DNA of 64,000 nucleotides from Candidatus Latescibacterota bacterium (GTDB taxonomy: Bacteria > Latescibacterota > UBA2968 > UBA8231), in contig OZ252098.1 in NCBI GenBank assembly GCA_965248355.1, forward strand, positions 1,344,001 through 1,408,000, in the 5' to 3' direction. The notes beneath the pieces were generated by a model. It had not been told where the DNA came from and did no database searches. It saw only the letters and a program-made list of their open reading frames with translations. Position numbers and translations under genes: made by a program. This document shows positions 18,925-28,495 of the stretch, one piece after another. The stretch's first letter is position 1; each line of letters begins with the position of its first letter.

Positions 18925-19788
18925 ATGCCCGCCCAGCTGCTGAAAGGAGCACCGGTCGCCGAGAGAATCCTCGCCGAGGTCGCCGCCAGGGTCTCCCGGC
19001 TCGAGGAGAGAGGGGTCTCCGTCGGTCTCGGTACGATCCTCGTGGGAGAGGACGCGGCGAGCGCCGGCTACGTGCGCAAGAAGCACGAGACGGCGCGGCA
19101 GGTGGGCATCGAGTCGTACCATCGCGAGCTGCCCTCGAGCGCCTCCCCCTCCGACCTGATGGAGGCCGTGCGCGCGTACAACGAAGACGACGGCGTCGAC
19201 GCCTACCTGATCCAGCATCCCCTGCCCCGCGGCTTCGACTATTTCGCCGCCGTGAGCGCCATGGCGCCGGAGAAGGACGGCGATGGTCTCCACCCCGAGA
19301 ACCTGGGACGACTGGTGCTGCAGGAGCCGGGCCCGGTCCCGGCGACGCCGGCGGGCATCCGCGAGATCCTCCTCCACTACGGCATCCCCGTCGAGGGGCG
19401 GGAGGTCGTCGTCGTCGGCCGCGGGCCAACCCTCGGCCGCCCCCTGGCCCTGCTGCTGTCCCAGAAGGCGCCGGGGGCCAACGCCGCGGTCACCGTGGTT
19501 CACACCGGTGTCCGCGACATGGCCCGCTGCACGAGGCGGGCCGACGTCCTCATCGCCGCGGCCGGCGTCCCGGGTATCGTCACCCGGGAGATGGTCCGCG
19601 AGGGAGCGGTGGTGGTCAGCGGCGGCATCACCTGGAAGGGGAAACGGCTGATTCCCGACGTGGCGGAGGACGTGGGCGAGGTCGCCTCGTGGATCACGCC
19701 GCGCCTCGGCGGCGTGGGGCCGACGACGGTGGCCATGCTGCTGCGCAATGCCGTGACCTGCGCCGAGCGCCGCCGGGGACTCGCCTGA
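18925..19788 (+). CDS. folD: Bifunctional methylene-THF dehydrogenase/cyclohydrolase
   Basis: YVRKK, QHPLP, PEKDGDGLHP, PATPAG, GGVGPTT. Confidence 0.95.
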   Translation: MPAQLLKGAPVAERILAEVAARVSRLEERGVSVGLGTILVGEDAASAGYVRKKHETARQVGIESYHRELPSSASPSDLMEAVRAYNEDDGVDAYLIQHPLPRGFDYFAAVSAMAPEKDGDGLHPENLGRLVLQEPGPVPATPAGIREILLHYGIPVEGREVVVVGRGPTLGRPLALLLSQKAPGANAAVTVVHTGVRDMARCTRRADVLIAAAGVPGIVTREMVREGAVVVSGGITWKGKRLIPDVAEDVGEVASWITPRLGGVGPTTVAMLLRNAVTCAERRRGLA

Positions 19789-19882
19789 GGACTGCGGCGC
19801 CGTAAGGGCCGGGAGCCGGAGGCCCGCCTGGAGTCGGGCGGCGCCTCCGCACCGTCGCCGGCGGCGCCGTCCCGGCAGCCGG

Positions 19883-21250
19883 TCAGCCCGTCCAGGGTCC
19901 GGTGATGGCGAGCGTGATTCCCGGCGACTGGATGTTCGCGTACAGGGTGCGGCCGTCCGGCGAGAACACGCCGCCGGCGAACTCGGACCCGTTGAAGGCG
20001 TTGCGTCCGAGCTTGTAGATCCGCCCCTCGGGCGTGACCCCCACGAGGTGGTTGTCGCCGCCGCCGTCCTCGCAGAGCACGAGGTCGCCCCAGGGCGCCA
20101 CCGTCAGGTTGTCGCAGTTCTCCACCAGGTCGCCGTCGTCGGGCTCGATGAACAGCTCCAGGACGCCGGGCGAGGCCGCCTCCTCGGGCGTCCCTTCGCC
20201 GGGACTCGGCTCGTAGCGCCACACCTGCCCCTTCTTCTTCTTGCCGCCGCTGGTGCAGGCGAAGTACACGGCCTCCCGGCCGTACCACATGCCCTCGCCG
20301 CGGGCGAAGCAGGCGGCGCCCTTGTCGAACCCCTGGTCGCGCAGATCCTCGCCGGGGGACTCCACGTCCTCCACGTCCACCCAGGCCGCGGCCAGACGGT
20401 CCCCGGGAGCCACGGTCCGCGACTTGTGGTTGCTCGTGTCCAGGCTCGCCCGGTCGAGGGCCATGAGCGCCTGCAGCCGGCCCCCGGCGGCCAGCCGGCC
20501 GGGCTCCTCGGGCAGGTAGCGGTAGATGAGACCGTCGCCGGCGTCCTCGGTCTGGTAGACGATGCCCGTGGCCGGGTGCACGGCCACGGCCTCGTGGTTG
20601 AAGCGGCCCATGGCCCTCAGGGCCACCGGCTCCACCGGCCCCGTGGCCGCCGCCGGCACCTCGAAGTTGTACCCGTGATCCTTCTCGTGGTGGTCGTCGT
20701 CGGCGCGCTGCGTCGTCTCCTCGCAGGTGATCCAGCTCCCCCAGGGTGTCAGGCCCCCGGCGCAGTTGCGCACGGTACCGGCCAGACTGAGGTAGTGTTT
20801 CTCCAGCTCGCCGCCGGGGCCCAGCACGAAGGTGGTCGTCCCGCCCTGGGGCGGGTCGCCGCGGCCCCAGTCGTAGAACCGCTCCCGCGGCAGCTTGTCG
20901 AGACGCTCGTTCTCCTCCCCGAAGGCGCCCACTTTGCGGGCCCCCGCGGTCAGCTCGTGGTTGCAGACCAGCAGGGTCCGTCCCTCCGCCCCGGAAAAGG
21001 CGGCCATGGCGTCGGGCAGCCCCGGCACCCGCAGGCCGTCCTCCATCTCGTCGCCGGTTCGGGAGATCACGCGATAGGTGAAGCCCACCGGCAGGTCGAC
21101 GATCCCGCCGGGGTCCGGCCGCATGGGGCCGTAGCCCGCGGCGATCCCCTCCGCGGGCGCCTCCCCCCAGGCCACGTGGCGCTGCAGGCCGTGGAAGCCC
21201 ACGGTGACGGCGGCCGCCGACTTCAGGAACTGCCTTCTGGTCACGGGCAT
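19883..21250 (-). CDS. PhoX/DUF839 alkaline phosphatase, Tat-exported
   Basis: TRRQFLK Tat motif; NCAGGLTPWGSWITCEE; MGRFNHEA; SEFAG..FSPDG.TLYANIQ. Confidence 0.88.
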   Translation of the reverse strand: MPVTRRQFLKSAAAVTVGFHGLQRHVAWGEAPAEGIAAGYGPMRPDPGGIVDLPVGFTYRVISRTGDEMEDGLRVPGLPDAMAAFSGAEGRTLLVCNHELTAGARKVGAFGEENERLDKLPRERFYDWGRGDPPQGGTTTFVLGPGGELEKHYLSLAGTVRNCAGGLTPWGSWITCEETTQRADDDHHEKDHGYNFEVPAAATGPVEPVALRAMGRFNHEAVAVHPATGIVYQTEDAGDGLIYRYLPEEPGRLAAGGRLQALMALDRASLDTSNHKSRTVAPGDRLAAAWVDVEDVESPGEDLRDQGFDKGAACFARGEGMWYGREAVYFACTSGGKKKKGQVWRYEPSPGEGTPEEAASPGVLELFIEPDDGDLVENCDNLTVAPWGDLVLCEDGGGDNHLVGVTPEGRIYKLGRNAFNGSEFAGGVFSPDGRTLYANIQSPGITLAITGPWTG

Positions 21251-21305
21251 CTGCTCGATCCTTTCTCCGCGGTGCACGACTGCTGGAAAAACTACCGGTT
21301 CCAGG

Positions 21306-22193
21306 TTACGGCGGCGAGACGAGGCGCAGGGCGTTCCGTGAGAACAGCTTGCCCAGGACCGGCGGCGCCAGCTCCAGTCCGAGGAGCCAGGACCGCAACT
21401 CGTCGCCGGGCGCGTCGCGGCCGAAGAGCAGCCGGTCCTGGTAGCTCTGGAGGAACCAGCGCGCGTGGGCCGGGTCGCGCCGCATCGCTCCCAGGCCGGA
21501 GCCGGCCGACAGATCGGCCCAAAGGGTGTCGAAGGTGTCCAGGAGCCGGATCAGCTCGCCTCCCGGCCGCACCGGTCCGGTGGGGTACACGGCCGCCTCC
21601 GTGGCCTCGTCTCCGGAGATGTAGCGCCAGAACCCGGGGGCGTGGCCGATGAACACGGTGTCGGGGCAGGCCCGCAGGGTGCGCTCCAGGGGACCGGCCC
21701 CGCCGCCGTACCAGCGCGGCTGGTACCGGGGCCGGCCGCCGGCCGGATCGGGGAGGAAGGGCACGTCGAGGTGCAGGACCACGGGCATGCCGAGCTCCCC
21801 CGCCTTCCAGAACACCTCCCAGGCCCGGGGGTCGTCGAGGAGCATGCGATAGCTCCACTCGCCGCAGACCCGAAAGCCGTGGACCTCGTGGGCGCGCTGC
21901 AGCTGCTCGGGCGCCGAGTCCTCCCTCGGACAGGGGCAGAACCCGCCCACGAAGCGGTCGGGAAAGTCCCGGCACGCCTCGATCACGTCGGGCAGCGGAC
22001 ACCCGGCGTGGGTGCCGTCGGCGCGCAGGTTCCTCGGGCTGAAGCCGCCGTGCCCGGGCACGTCCTCGTCGGGGGGCAGGTACCAGGTCAGGGCCCAGCA
22101 GCGCTCGATGCCGAAGGCGTCCATCTCCCCCACCACGTCGGCCGGTCCGAGGCCGTGGTACCAGACGTGGTTGTGGGCGTCGATGATCCGCAT
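21306..22193 (-). CDS. Amidohydrolase_2 family protein
   Basis: IIDAHNH, VVLH, FIGH, RLLFGRD. Confidence 0.85.
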   Translation of the reverse strand: MRIIDAHNHVWYHGLGPADVVGEMDAFGIERCWALTWYLPPDEDVPGHGGFSPRNLRADGTHAGCPLPDVIEACRDFPDRFVGGFCPCPREDSAPEQLQRAHEVHGFRVCGEWSYRMLLDDPRAWEVFWKAGELGMPVVLHLDVPFLPDPAGGRPRYQPRWYGGGAGPLERTLRACPDTVFIGHAPGFWRYISGDEATEAAVYPTGPVRPGGELIRLLDTFDTLWADLSAGSGLGAMRRDPAHARWFLQSYQDRLLFGRDAPGDELRSWLLGLELAPPVLGKLFSRNALRLVSPP

Positions 22194-22194
22194 C

Positions 22195-23376
22195 TCAGGC
22201 CGTCCTCCGGCGCAAGGTCTCCGGCACGAGGGTGGCCAGGAGCACGGCGCCGAGGACGCCCACCGCGGCCACCACCAGCGGCGCCGTGTGCAGGCCGGCC
22301 ACCTCGGCCACCTCGCCCACGACCATTGGGCCGGCCGCCGAGCCGCCGTCGCCGACGAAGCGCCACATGCCGAGGAACTCCCCGCGCCCCCGGTCCGGCG
22401 ACAGGTCCGCCCCCAGGGTCAGCATGGTCCCCGAGCCGAGGCCGTTGGCGACCCCCATGGCCATGGTGGTCAGGGCCAGGGTCCAGAACGTCTCCGTCAA
22501 GGGGATCAGGGCCATGGCCGCCGACTGCAGCAGGAAGGAGGGCACGTAGGCGTACTTGCGTCCGCGGCGGTCCATGATCTGCCCGGCGGGGACGAACATG
22601 AGCATGTCCAGGGCGTAGGACAGGCTGAGCATCAGCCCCACGGCGCCCGTCTCCAGCCCCAGCACTTCCGCGGCGTAGAGCGGGATCACCGCCGTGCGCG
22701 CGCTGCGGATCGTCTGGCCGCAGAGCTGCCCCGAGCCGGCGCTCACCAGCACCTTCCAGTGGGTCCGCAGGGCCTGGGCCTGGGCCCGCAGGGCCTGCGC
22801 CGCGGAGAGGCTGCTCCGCGGCCCGGCCCTCTCCTGGACCCACAGGGCCGCCGCCGCCACGCCCGCCAGCCTCAGGAGGGCCACCAGCAGGAAGGGCACG
22901 CGCAGCCCGAGGGCCTCCGCCGCCAGCCCCCCGAGGACCGGTCCCGCGAAGGAGGTGATGCGGCCGATGCCCCCGAAGGTCGAGTAGATGCGCCCCCGCT
23001 GGGCCACCGGCACGACGTCGGTCATGTAGGTGTGGCGGGCGATGTTCCACAGGGCCATGAAGGCCCCGGCCAGGAGCCCGCAGGCGAGCAGCTCCAGCAG
23101 GCTCCGGGCCTGGAACATGGCCGCGGACATGGCCGCCATCCCCAGGCCGCCCACCATCATGGTGCGCTTCTGCCCGAAGCGGCGCGTGGCCATGCCCGCG
23201 GGCACGTCGAAGAGCAGGTTGCCCAGCCCCTCGGCGGCCAGCACGACGCCCACGAGGCCGTAGCCGGCCTCGAAGGAGAGGGCGAAGAAGGGGAGCACGG
23301 GCATGATCAGCCCGCGGCTGAGGGCCATGCAGCCCGAGGGCAGCCAGATGGAGAGCACCACCCGGCGGTTGACCAT
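22195..23376 (-). CDS. MFS transporter
   Basis: About 12 hydrophobic segments; G..MDRRGRK motif. Confidence 0.9.
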   Translation of the reverse strand: MVNRRVVLSIWLPSGCMALSRGLIMPVLPFFALSFEAGYGLVGVVLAAEGLGNLLFDVPAGMATRRFGQKRTMMVGGLGMAAMSAAMFQARSLLELLACGLLAGAFMALWNIARHTYMTDVVPVAQRGRIYSTFGGIGRITSFAGPVLGGLAAEALGLRVPFLLVALLRLAGVAAAALWVQERAGPRSSLSAAQALRAQAQALRTHWKVLVSAGSGQLCGQTIRSARTAVIPLYAAEVLGLETGAVGLMLSLSYALDMLMFVPAGQIMDRRGRKYAYVPSFLLQSAAMALIPLTETFWTLALTTMAMGVANGLGSGTMLTLGADLSPDRGRGEFLGMWRFVGDGGSAAGPMVVGEVAEVAGLHTAPLVVAAVGVLGAVLLATLVPETLRRRTA

Positions 23377-23399
23377 CCGGGCCTCGGGCGGCCGGGAGG

Positions 23400-24782
23400 T
23401 CACGGGCGGGCGGATGGCGCGTTGTGCTCGTTGTTGCGGAAAGCCTCCGACTCGTAGTACGCGAAGTCCCGCCCCCCCGTATCCCGCCACCAGGCATCGG
23501 CCTGCTCCGAGAGGCGGCTCTCCACCCCGGCGTGGTCCGGACGGCCGGCGAGATTGGTCAGCTCGTGGGGATCCGCCGCCAGGTGGTAGAGCTCGGCGGC
23601 CCCCGCCTCCCCTTCCCCGAAGTAGCGGACGAACTTCCAGTCCCGGGTGCGCATTCCGTAGAACGGATGCACGCCCCAGTAGGCGGCGTAGTGCTCGAAG
23701 AACACGGCCTCATCGGCGGGACGGGCGTCGGAGGCCAGGGCCGCGCACAGGTCCCCGTGGGGGAAGTCGGCCTCGACCCCGGCCAGGTCGGCCAGCGTGC
23801 CCGCCACCTGCACCGAGGAGACCAGATCGTCGACCCGCCGCCGGCGAAGGCTCACGCCGCGGGGCGGTTTGAGGAGGAAAGGCACGCGGTACAGCTCGTC
23901 GTACGGCAGGGTCCCCTTCAGGCGCAGGCCGTGGGCGGCCATCATGTCCCCGTGATCGCTGATCGCCGCCACGACGGTGTCCTCCCACAGGCCGAGCCGG
24001 CGGAACTCGGCGGCGACCTCGGCGAACTGCGCGTCGGTCCGGGCGATCATCGAGTAGTACCGGGCCAGCATGTCCCGCGCCTCCTCCTCGGAGCCGGCTC
24101 CGTGCCGGCCGTCGCCCGCGTGGGCGGCCTGGAAGGAGGGTTTGCCCTCGAAGCTCTCCGTCCCGTAGCTGGCGGGCAGCTCCAGGGAGGAGGCGTCGAA
24201 GCGATCGCGGAAGGCGGGCTCGTGGAAGAAGGGCGGATGCGGGAGGTTGGTTGAGAAGGTGAGGAACAGGGGCCGGCCGTCCGGCTCGTAGCGGCGCAGC
24301 CACTCCACCGCGTCCCGGAGGGCCACGTAGTCCCTGCGCAGCCCCTGGGGCACGTGGCCGAGGCCGGTCCGGTCCGCCTCGCCGTCGTCGACGCGGACCG
24401 GGTCGTGATCGATCCCCTCGTCATAGCCCAGATCGGGCAGGGGCACGCCGAAGTGGCACTTGCCGAACCAGGCGGTGCGGTAGCCGGCCTCCCGGAAGAC
24501 CTGCCCCAGGGTCGGGAATCTCGTCGGGGACAAGCGGTTCTGGTGACCGTGGAACCCGTAGTTGACGATCACCCCGCACTCGTGGGGGTAACGCCCGGTG
24601 ACCAGCGACGCCCGCGACGGCACGCACTGGCCTTGGGCGCTGATCATGTGGGTGAAGCGGACCCCCTCGCGGGCCAGGGAGTCGAGGAAGGGGGTGTGCG
24701 CCACCGGGTCGCCGGCGCAGCCCATGCGCGCCGCCTGCATCTGGTCGCACATGAGGAGCAGGACGTTCGGGCGGGCGCTCAC
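23400..24782 (-). CDS. Sulfatase (formylglycine type)
   Basis: PNVLLLMCDQ, CVPSRAS..TGRY, GKCH, SDHG. Confidence 0.92.
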   Translation of the reverse strand: MSARPNVLLLMCDQMQAARMGCAGDPVAHTPFLDSLAREGVRFTHMISAQGQCVPSRASLVTGRYPHECGVIVNYGFHGHQNRLSPTRFPTLGQVFREAGYRTAWFGKCHFGVPLPDLGYDEGIDHDPVRVDDGEADRTGLGHVPQGLRRDYVALRDAVEWLRRYEPDGRPLFLTFSTNLPHPPFFHEPAFRDRFDASSLELPASYGTESFEGKPSFQAAHAGDGRHGAGSEEEARDMLARYYSMIARTDAQFAEVAAEFRRLGLWEDTVVAAISDHGDMMAAHGLRLKGTLPYDELYRVPFLLKPPRGVSLRRRRVDDLVSSVQVAGTLADLAGVEADFPHGDLCAALASDARPADEAVFFEHYAAYWGVHPFYGMRTRDWKFVRYFGEGEAGAAELYHLAADPHELTNLAGRPDHAGVESRLSEQADAWWRDTGGRDFAYYESEAFRNNEHNAPSARP

Positions 24783-24783
24783 C

Positions 24784-25701
24784 TCAGACCCGCAGCCGCT
24801 CGAGCTCGTCCTCGGAGAGCTCGTCGTCCCCGGCGGCGGCGTTCATGGCGGCCTGCTCCGGCGATTTGGCGCCCGGGATGGCCACGGGGTTCACGGGGTG
24901 GGAGATGACGTAGCGCAGGGCAGTGGAGACCATGTCCTGGGGCTCCACCCGTTCCCGCAGCCGGTCCACCTGCCGCAGTTGCTCCAGGTACTGCTCGCGG
25001 CCCTGCCCCCCCTCGTTGTACCCGGCGCGGATGTCGTCGGTGAAGACCGACCCCGGGTTGTAGCGCCCCGACAGCAGGCCCTTGGCCAGCGGCCCCCGCA
25101 CCATGACCGCGATCTGCTGGGCCCGGCAGTAGGGCAGCAACTCGGCCTCGCAGCGGCGCTGGATGATCGACCAGTCCACCTGCACGACCTTGCAGCCCCC
25201 GTCGCGGTTGAAGCGCTTGAGCACCTCCAGGCTGTTGGTGGAGATGCCGAAGCAGCGCAGCCGGCCCTCCTCCTGCAGGGCCCGGAATCCGTCGAGGTAG
25301 ACCGACGGATCCTCGATGCCGCCGTCGTGGCAGAGCAGGACGTCGTGGTAGTCGGTGCGCAGCCGGTGCAGGGAGGCGTGGGCGCAGAGGCGGATCATGT
25401 CCACCGAGGTCTTGGGCACGTCCTGGCCGCTGCGCTTGCCCCAGTTGCCGATCTTGCTGACCACGAGGACATCGTGGCGAAGGCCGCCCAGGGCCCGGCC
25501 AAGGCGCTCCTCGGAGAGGCCGTTGGGGAGGCCGTAGGACTCGGCCGTGTCGAAGAGGTTCACCCCGTGGTCGCGGGCGGCCCTCACGGTGGCGAAGGCC
25601 GTGGGGTCGTCCACCGGCCCCCACTGGTTGCCGATGTTCCAGGTCCCGAGGCCCACGGCCGAGACCTTCCATCCCGTGCGTCCGAAGTCCCGGTACAGCA
25701 T
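24784..25701 (-). CDS. Aldo/keto reductase
   Basis: GLGTW, FDTAESYG, SK, GPLAKGLL, IPGAKS. Confidence 0.92.
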   Translation of the reverse strand: MLYRDFGRTGWKVSAVGLGTWNIGNQWGPVDDPTAFATVRAARDHGVNLFDTAESYGLPNGLSEERLGRALGGLRHDVLVVSKIGNWGKRSGQDVPKTSVDMIRLCAHASLHRLRTDYHDVLLCHDGGIEDPSVYLDGFRALQEEGRLRCFGISTNSLEVLKRFNRDGGCKVVQVDWSIIQRRCEAELLPYCRAQQIAVMVRGPLAKGLLSGRYNPGSVFTDDIRAGYNEGGQGREQYLEQLRQVDRLRERVEPQDMVSTALRYVISHPVNPVAIPGAKSPEQAAMNAAAGDDELSEDELERLRV

Positions 25702-25823
25702 CAGATCCTCTCCTCCGAGGTATATTCCCTGGTCATGGAACGGCCATCCCAAGCGCGCGGCCCGAATCTAAGACCGCCCCCGGCCCGGCACCACGACCGC
25801 GGCGCCGGGCCCGCCGCCGCCCC

Positions 25824-26882
25824 GTGAGGGTCGCCCTCCTGCTCTCCGGCGGCGTCGACAGCTCCGTCGCCCTGCGCCTGCTCCAGGAGTCGGGAGAGCA
25901 CGAGATCACCGCCTTCTACCTGAAGGTCTGGCTCGAGGACGAGGTCCACACCTTCGCCGGCGACTGCCCCTGGGAGGAGGACCTGCGCTACGTGCGCGCC
26001 ACCTGCGAGGCCGCCGGCGTGCCCCTGCGGATCGTGCCTCTGCAGGCGGAGTACCACGAGCGCGTCGTCGAGCAGGTCCTCTCCGAGCTGCGCCGCGGCG
26101 GCACCCCGAGTCCGGACATCCTCTGCAACCGGCGCATCAAGTTCGGCGCCTTCCTCGACCATCTGGGGGACTCCGCCGGCCAGGTCGCCTCCGGCCACTA
26201 CGCCCGCGTCGAGCGGGGCGCCGGCGGCCGCTGCCGCCTGCTGCGCGGCGCCGACCCGGTCAAGGACCAGACCTACTTCCTCTCCCACCTGACCCAGGCC
26301 CAGCTCTCCCGCCTGCTCTTCCCGGTGGGCCACCTGGCCAAGAGCGAGGTGCGCCGCCTGGCCCGCGATTTCGACCTGCCGGCGCGCCAGCGCCCGGACA
26401 GCCAGGGGATCTGCTTCCTGGGCAAGATCGACTACCGGGAGTTCGTCGAATTCCAGCTGGGTCGGCGGCCGGGGGCGATCGTCGACGCCGACACGGGACG
26501 GCGCCTCGGCGACCACCAGGGCTACTGGTTCTACACCATCGGCCAGCGCTTCGGCCTCGGTCTGGGCGGCGGCCCATGGTACGTGGTGGGCAAGGAGGTC
26601 GAGGAGAACGTGATCCGTGTCGTCCACGGCGACCGCCGGCGGGAGCGCAGCCGCCGCGTCCTCGAGGTGGCCGGGGCCAACTGGATCGACGCGCCGCCCT
26701 CCGCGGAGAGGCTGCAGGTCCGGCTCCGCCACGGGCCCGGGAGCACCGGTTGCCGCCTGGCGCAGGTCGGGCCCGACCGCTGGCGCCTCACCCTCGACGA
26801 GGCCGACCCCGGGGTGGCCCCCGGCCAGCACGCCGTGCTCTACGACGGCGAGGTCTGCCTCGGCGGCGCCGTCATCTGCTGA
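25824..26882 (+). CDS. mnmA: tRNA 2-thiouridylase
   Basis: SGGVDSSV, PDILCN, SGHY, KDQTYFL, DSQGICF, PGQ. Confidence 0.95.
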   Translation: MRVALLLSGGVDSSVALRLLQESGEHEITAFYLKVWLEDEVHTFAGDCPWEEDLRYVRATCEAAGVPLRIVPLQAEYHERVVEQVLSELRRGGTPSPDILCNRRIKFGAFLDHLGDSAGQVASGHYARVERGAGGRCRLLRGADPVKDQTYFLSHLTQAQLSRLLFPVGHLAKSEVRRLARDFDLPARQRPDSQGICFLGKIDYREFVEFQLGRRPGAIVDADTGRRLGDHQGYWFYTIGQRFGLGLGGGPWYVVGKEVEENVIRVVHGDRRRERSRRVLEVAGANWIDAPPSAERLQVRLRHGPGSTGCRLAQVGPDRWRLTLDEADPGVAPGQHAVLYDGEVCLGGAVIC

Positions 26883-26884
26883 TC

Positions 26885-27664
26885 ATGGCGGCCATGGACA
26901 GGACCGGTCCCGAAGAGTTGGCGGCGCTGCTGCGCCCGGCCTTGCGGATCTTCCTGTTCACCGGCGCCGGGATCTCCACGGGCAGCGGCATCCCCGACTT
27001 CCGCGGGCCCCAGGGGGTGTGGAGGACCCGGCGCCCCGTGTACTACCACGACTTCCTGCGCTCCGAGGAGGCCCGCGTCGAGCACTGGGATTTCAAGCTC
27101 GAGGGCTGGCCCCTCTTCCGCGACGCCGCTCCGACCCCCGCCCACGACGCCATCGCCGCCCTGGAGCGGGCCGGCAAGGTGGCCCTCGTGGTCACCCAGA
27201 ATGTGGACGGACTGCACGCGCGGGCGGGCACCTCTCCGGAGCGGCTCGTGGAGATCCACGGCACCAACGCCGAGGTCGAGTGCCTCACCTGCGGGAGCCG
27301 CTCCGACCCGGAGCCGCATCTCGAGGCCTTCAGGCAGACGCGGGTCCCGCCCCGCTGCCCCTGCGGCGGGCTGCTGAAGACGGCCACCATCAGCTTCGGC
27401 CAGGACCTGGTGGCCGCCGACCTCGAGCGCGCCGCGGCCGGCGCCCGGTCCGCCGACCTGGCCGTCTCCCTCGGGTCGACGCTGTCCGTCCATCCCGCCG
27501 CCTCCCTGCCCCTGGCGGCGGCCTCGGGCGGTGCCCCCTACGTCGTCGTCAACCGCGGCGGCACCGAGCACGACGGGCGGCCCGAGGTCACCCTGCGCCT
27601 GGAGGGCGACGTGCAGGAGCTGTTCCCGCCGGCCGTGGAGGCGGCGCTGGCCGCCGGCGACTGA
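26885..27664 (+). CDS. cobB: NAD-dependent protein deacylase (sirtuin)
   Basis: TGAGISTGSGIPDFRG, TQNVDGLH, HG, CxxC..CxC. Confidence 0.9.
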   Translation: MAAMDRTGPEELAALLRPALRIFLFTGAGISTGSGIPDFRGPQGVWRTRRPVYYHDFLRSEEARVEHWDFKLEGWPLFRDAAPTPAHDAIAALERAGKVALVVTQNVDGLHARAGTSPERLVEIHGTNAEVECLTCGSRSDPEPHLEAFRQTRVPPRCPCGGLLKTATISFGQDLVAADLERAAAGARSADLAVSLGSTLSVHPAASLPLAAASGGAPYVVVNRGGTEHDGRPEVTLRLEGDVQELFPPAVEAALAAGD

Positions 27665-27725
27665 TCCGCTCCGAGCCCCTGCAGGCGCCGGACAGGCGGC
27701 CGCCGGTTCCCTATCTTCGGCCGCC

Positions 27726-28487
27726 ATGAAACCATCAGAGCACGACGCAGCGAACGACGACAGCCCCTACCGCGCCCTCTCGGCCGGGCAGGTCGAGGCC
27801 TTCCGGCGCAACGGGTTCGTGGTCCCCGGGGCCCGGCTGGAGGCGGAGGAGGCCGAGTCCCTGGGCCGCGAGTACGACCGCCTCTTCGCCGAGGCCCGCG
27901 GGTCCGAGCGCTACCGCAACCTCGCCGGCGAGGGCGCCGCCGAGGAGATGCTGCAGATCACCCAGCTCTGCGAGCGCAGCCTCGATTTCCGCCGCCTCCT
28001 CTATCACCCGCTCATCCTCGACGCGGTGGAGGACCTGCTCGGCCCCAACATCCAGCTCTTCCACGACCAGGCCCTGTACAAGCCCGCCCGCCACGGCGGC
28101 CCCATCCACTGGCACCAGGACAACGCCTACTGGCGGTGCCTGCCGGCGGACCTGGTGAGCTGCTGGCTCACTTTCGACGACGTGGACGCCGACAACGGCG
28201 CCATGCACCTGATCCCGGGCTCCCACCTGGCGCCGGTCGAGCACCGGCGCGGCGACGTCCTGCTCGACGCCGGCAGCGACGGCGCTGAAAGCGCCTTCGT
28301 CGCCGAGCTGCCGGCGGGCGGGATCATGTTCCACCACTGCCAGACCCTGCACCACACCCGGCCGAACCGCACCGGCCGGCGGCGGCGAGCCTTCGCCATG
28401 CACTACATGCGGCCGGGGACCCGATCCGCCAACGCCGGGGAGATGCCGATCAGCTTCTCCCGACCCTTGTTGCGCTGCCGCATCTGA
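27726..28487 (+). CDS. PhyH family dioxygenase
   Basis: WHQD, NGAM.LIPGSH, LHH. Confidence 0.88.
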   Translation: MKPSEHDAANDDSPYRALSAGQVEAFRRNGFVVPGARLEAEEAESLGREYDRLFAEARGSERYRNLAGEGAAEEMLQITQLCERSLDFRRLLYHPLILDAVEDLLGPNIQLFHDQALYKPARHGGPIHWHQDNAYWRCLPADLVSCWLTFDDVDADNGAMHLIPGSHLAPVEHRRGDVLLDAGSDGAESAFVAELPAGGIMFHHCQTLHHTRPNRTGRRRRAFAMHYMRPGTRSANAGEMPISFSRPLLRCRI

Positions 28488-28495
28488 GCCCTCAC

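Noticed and set aside
26885..27664. Sirtuin as an anti-phage SIR2 effector
   Set aside because: Canonical CobB-type with zinc site, in housekeeping context next to mnmA
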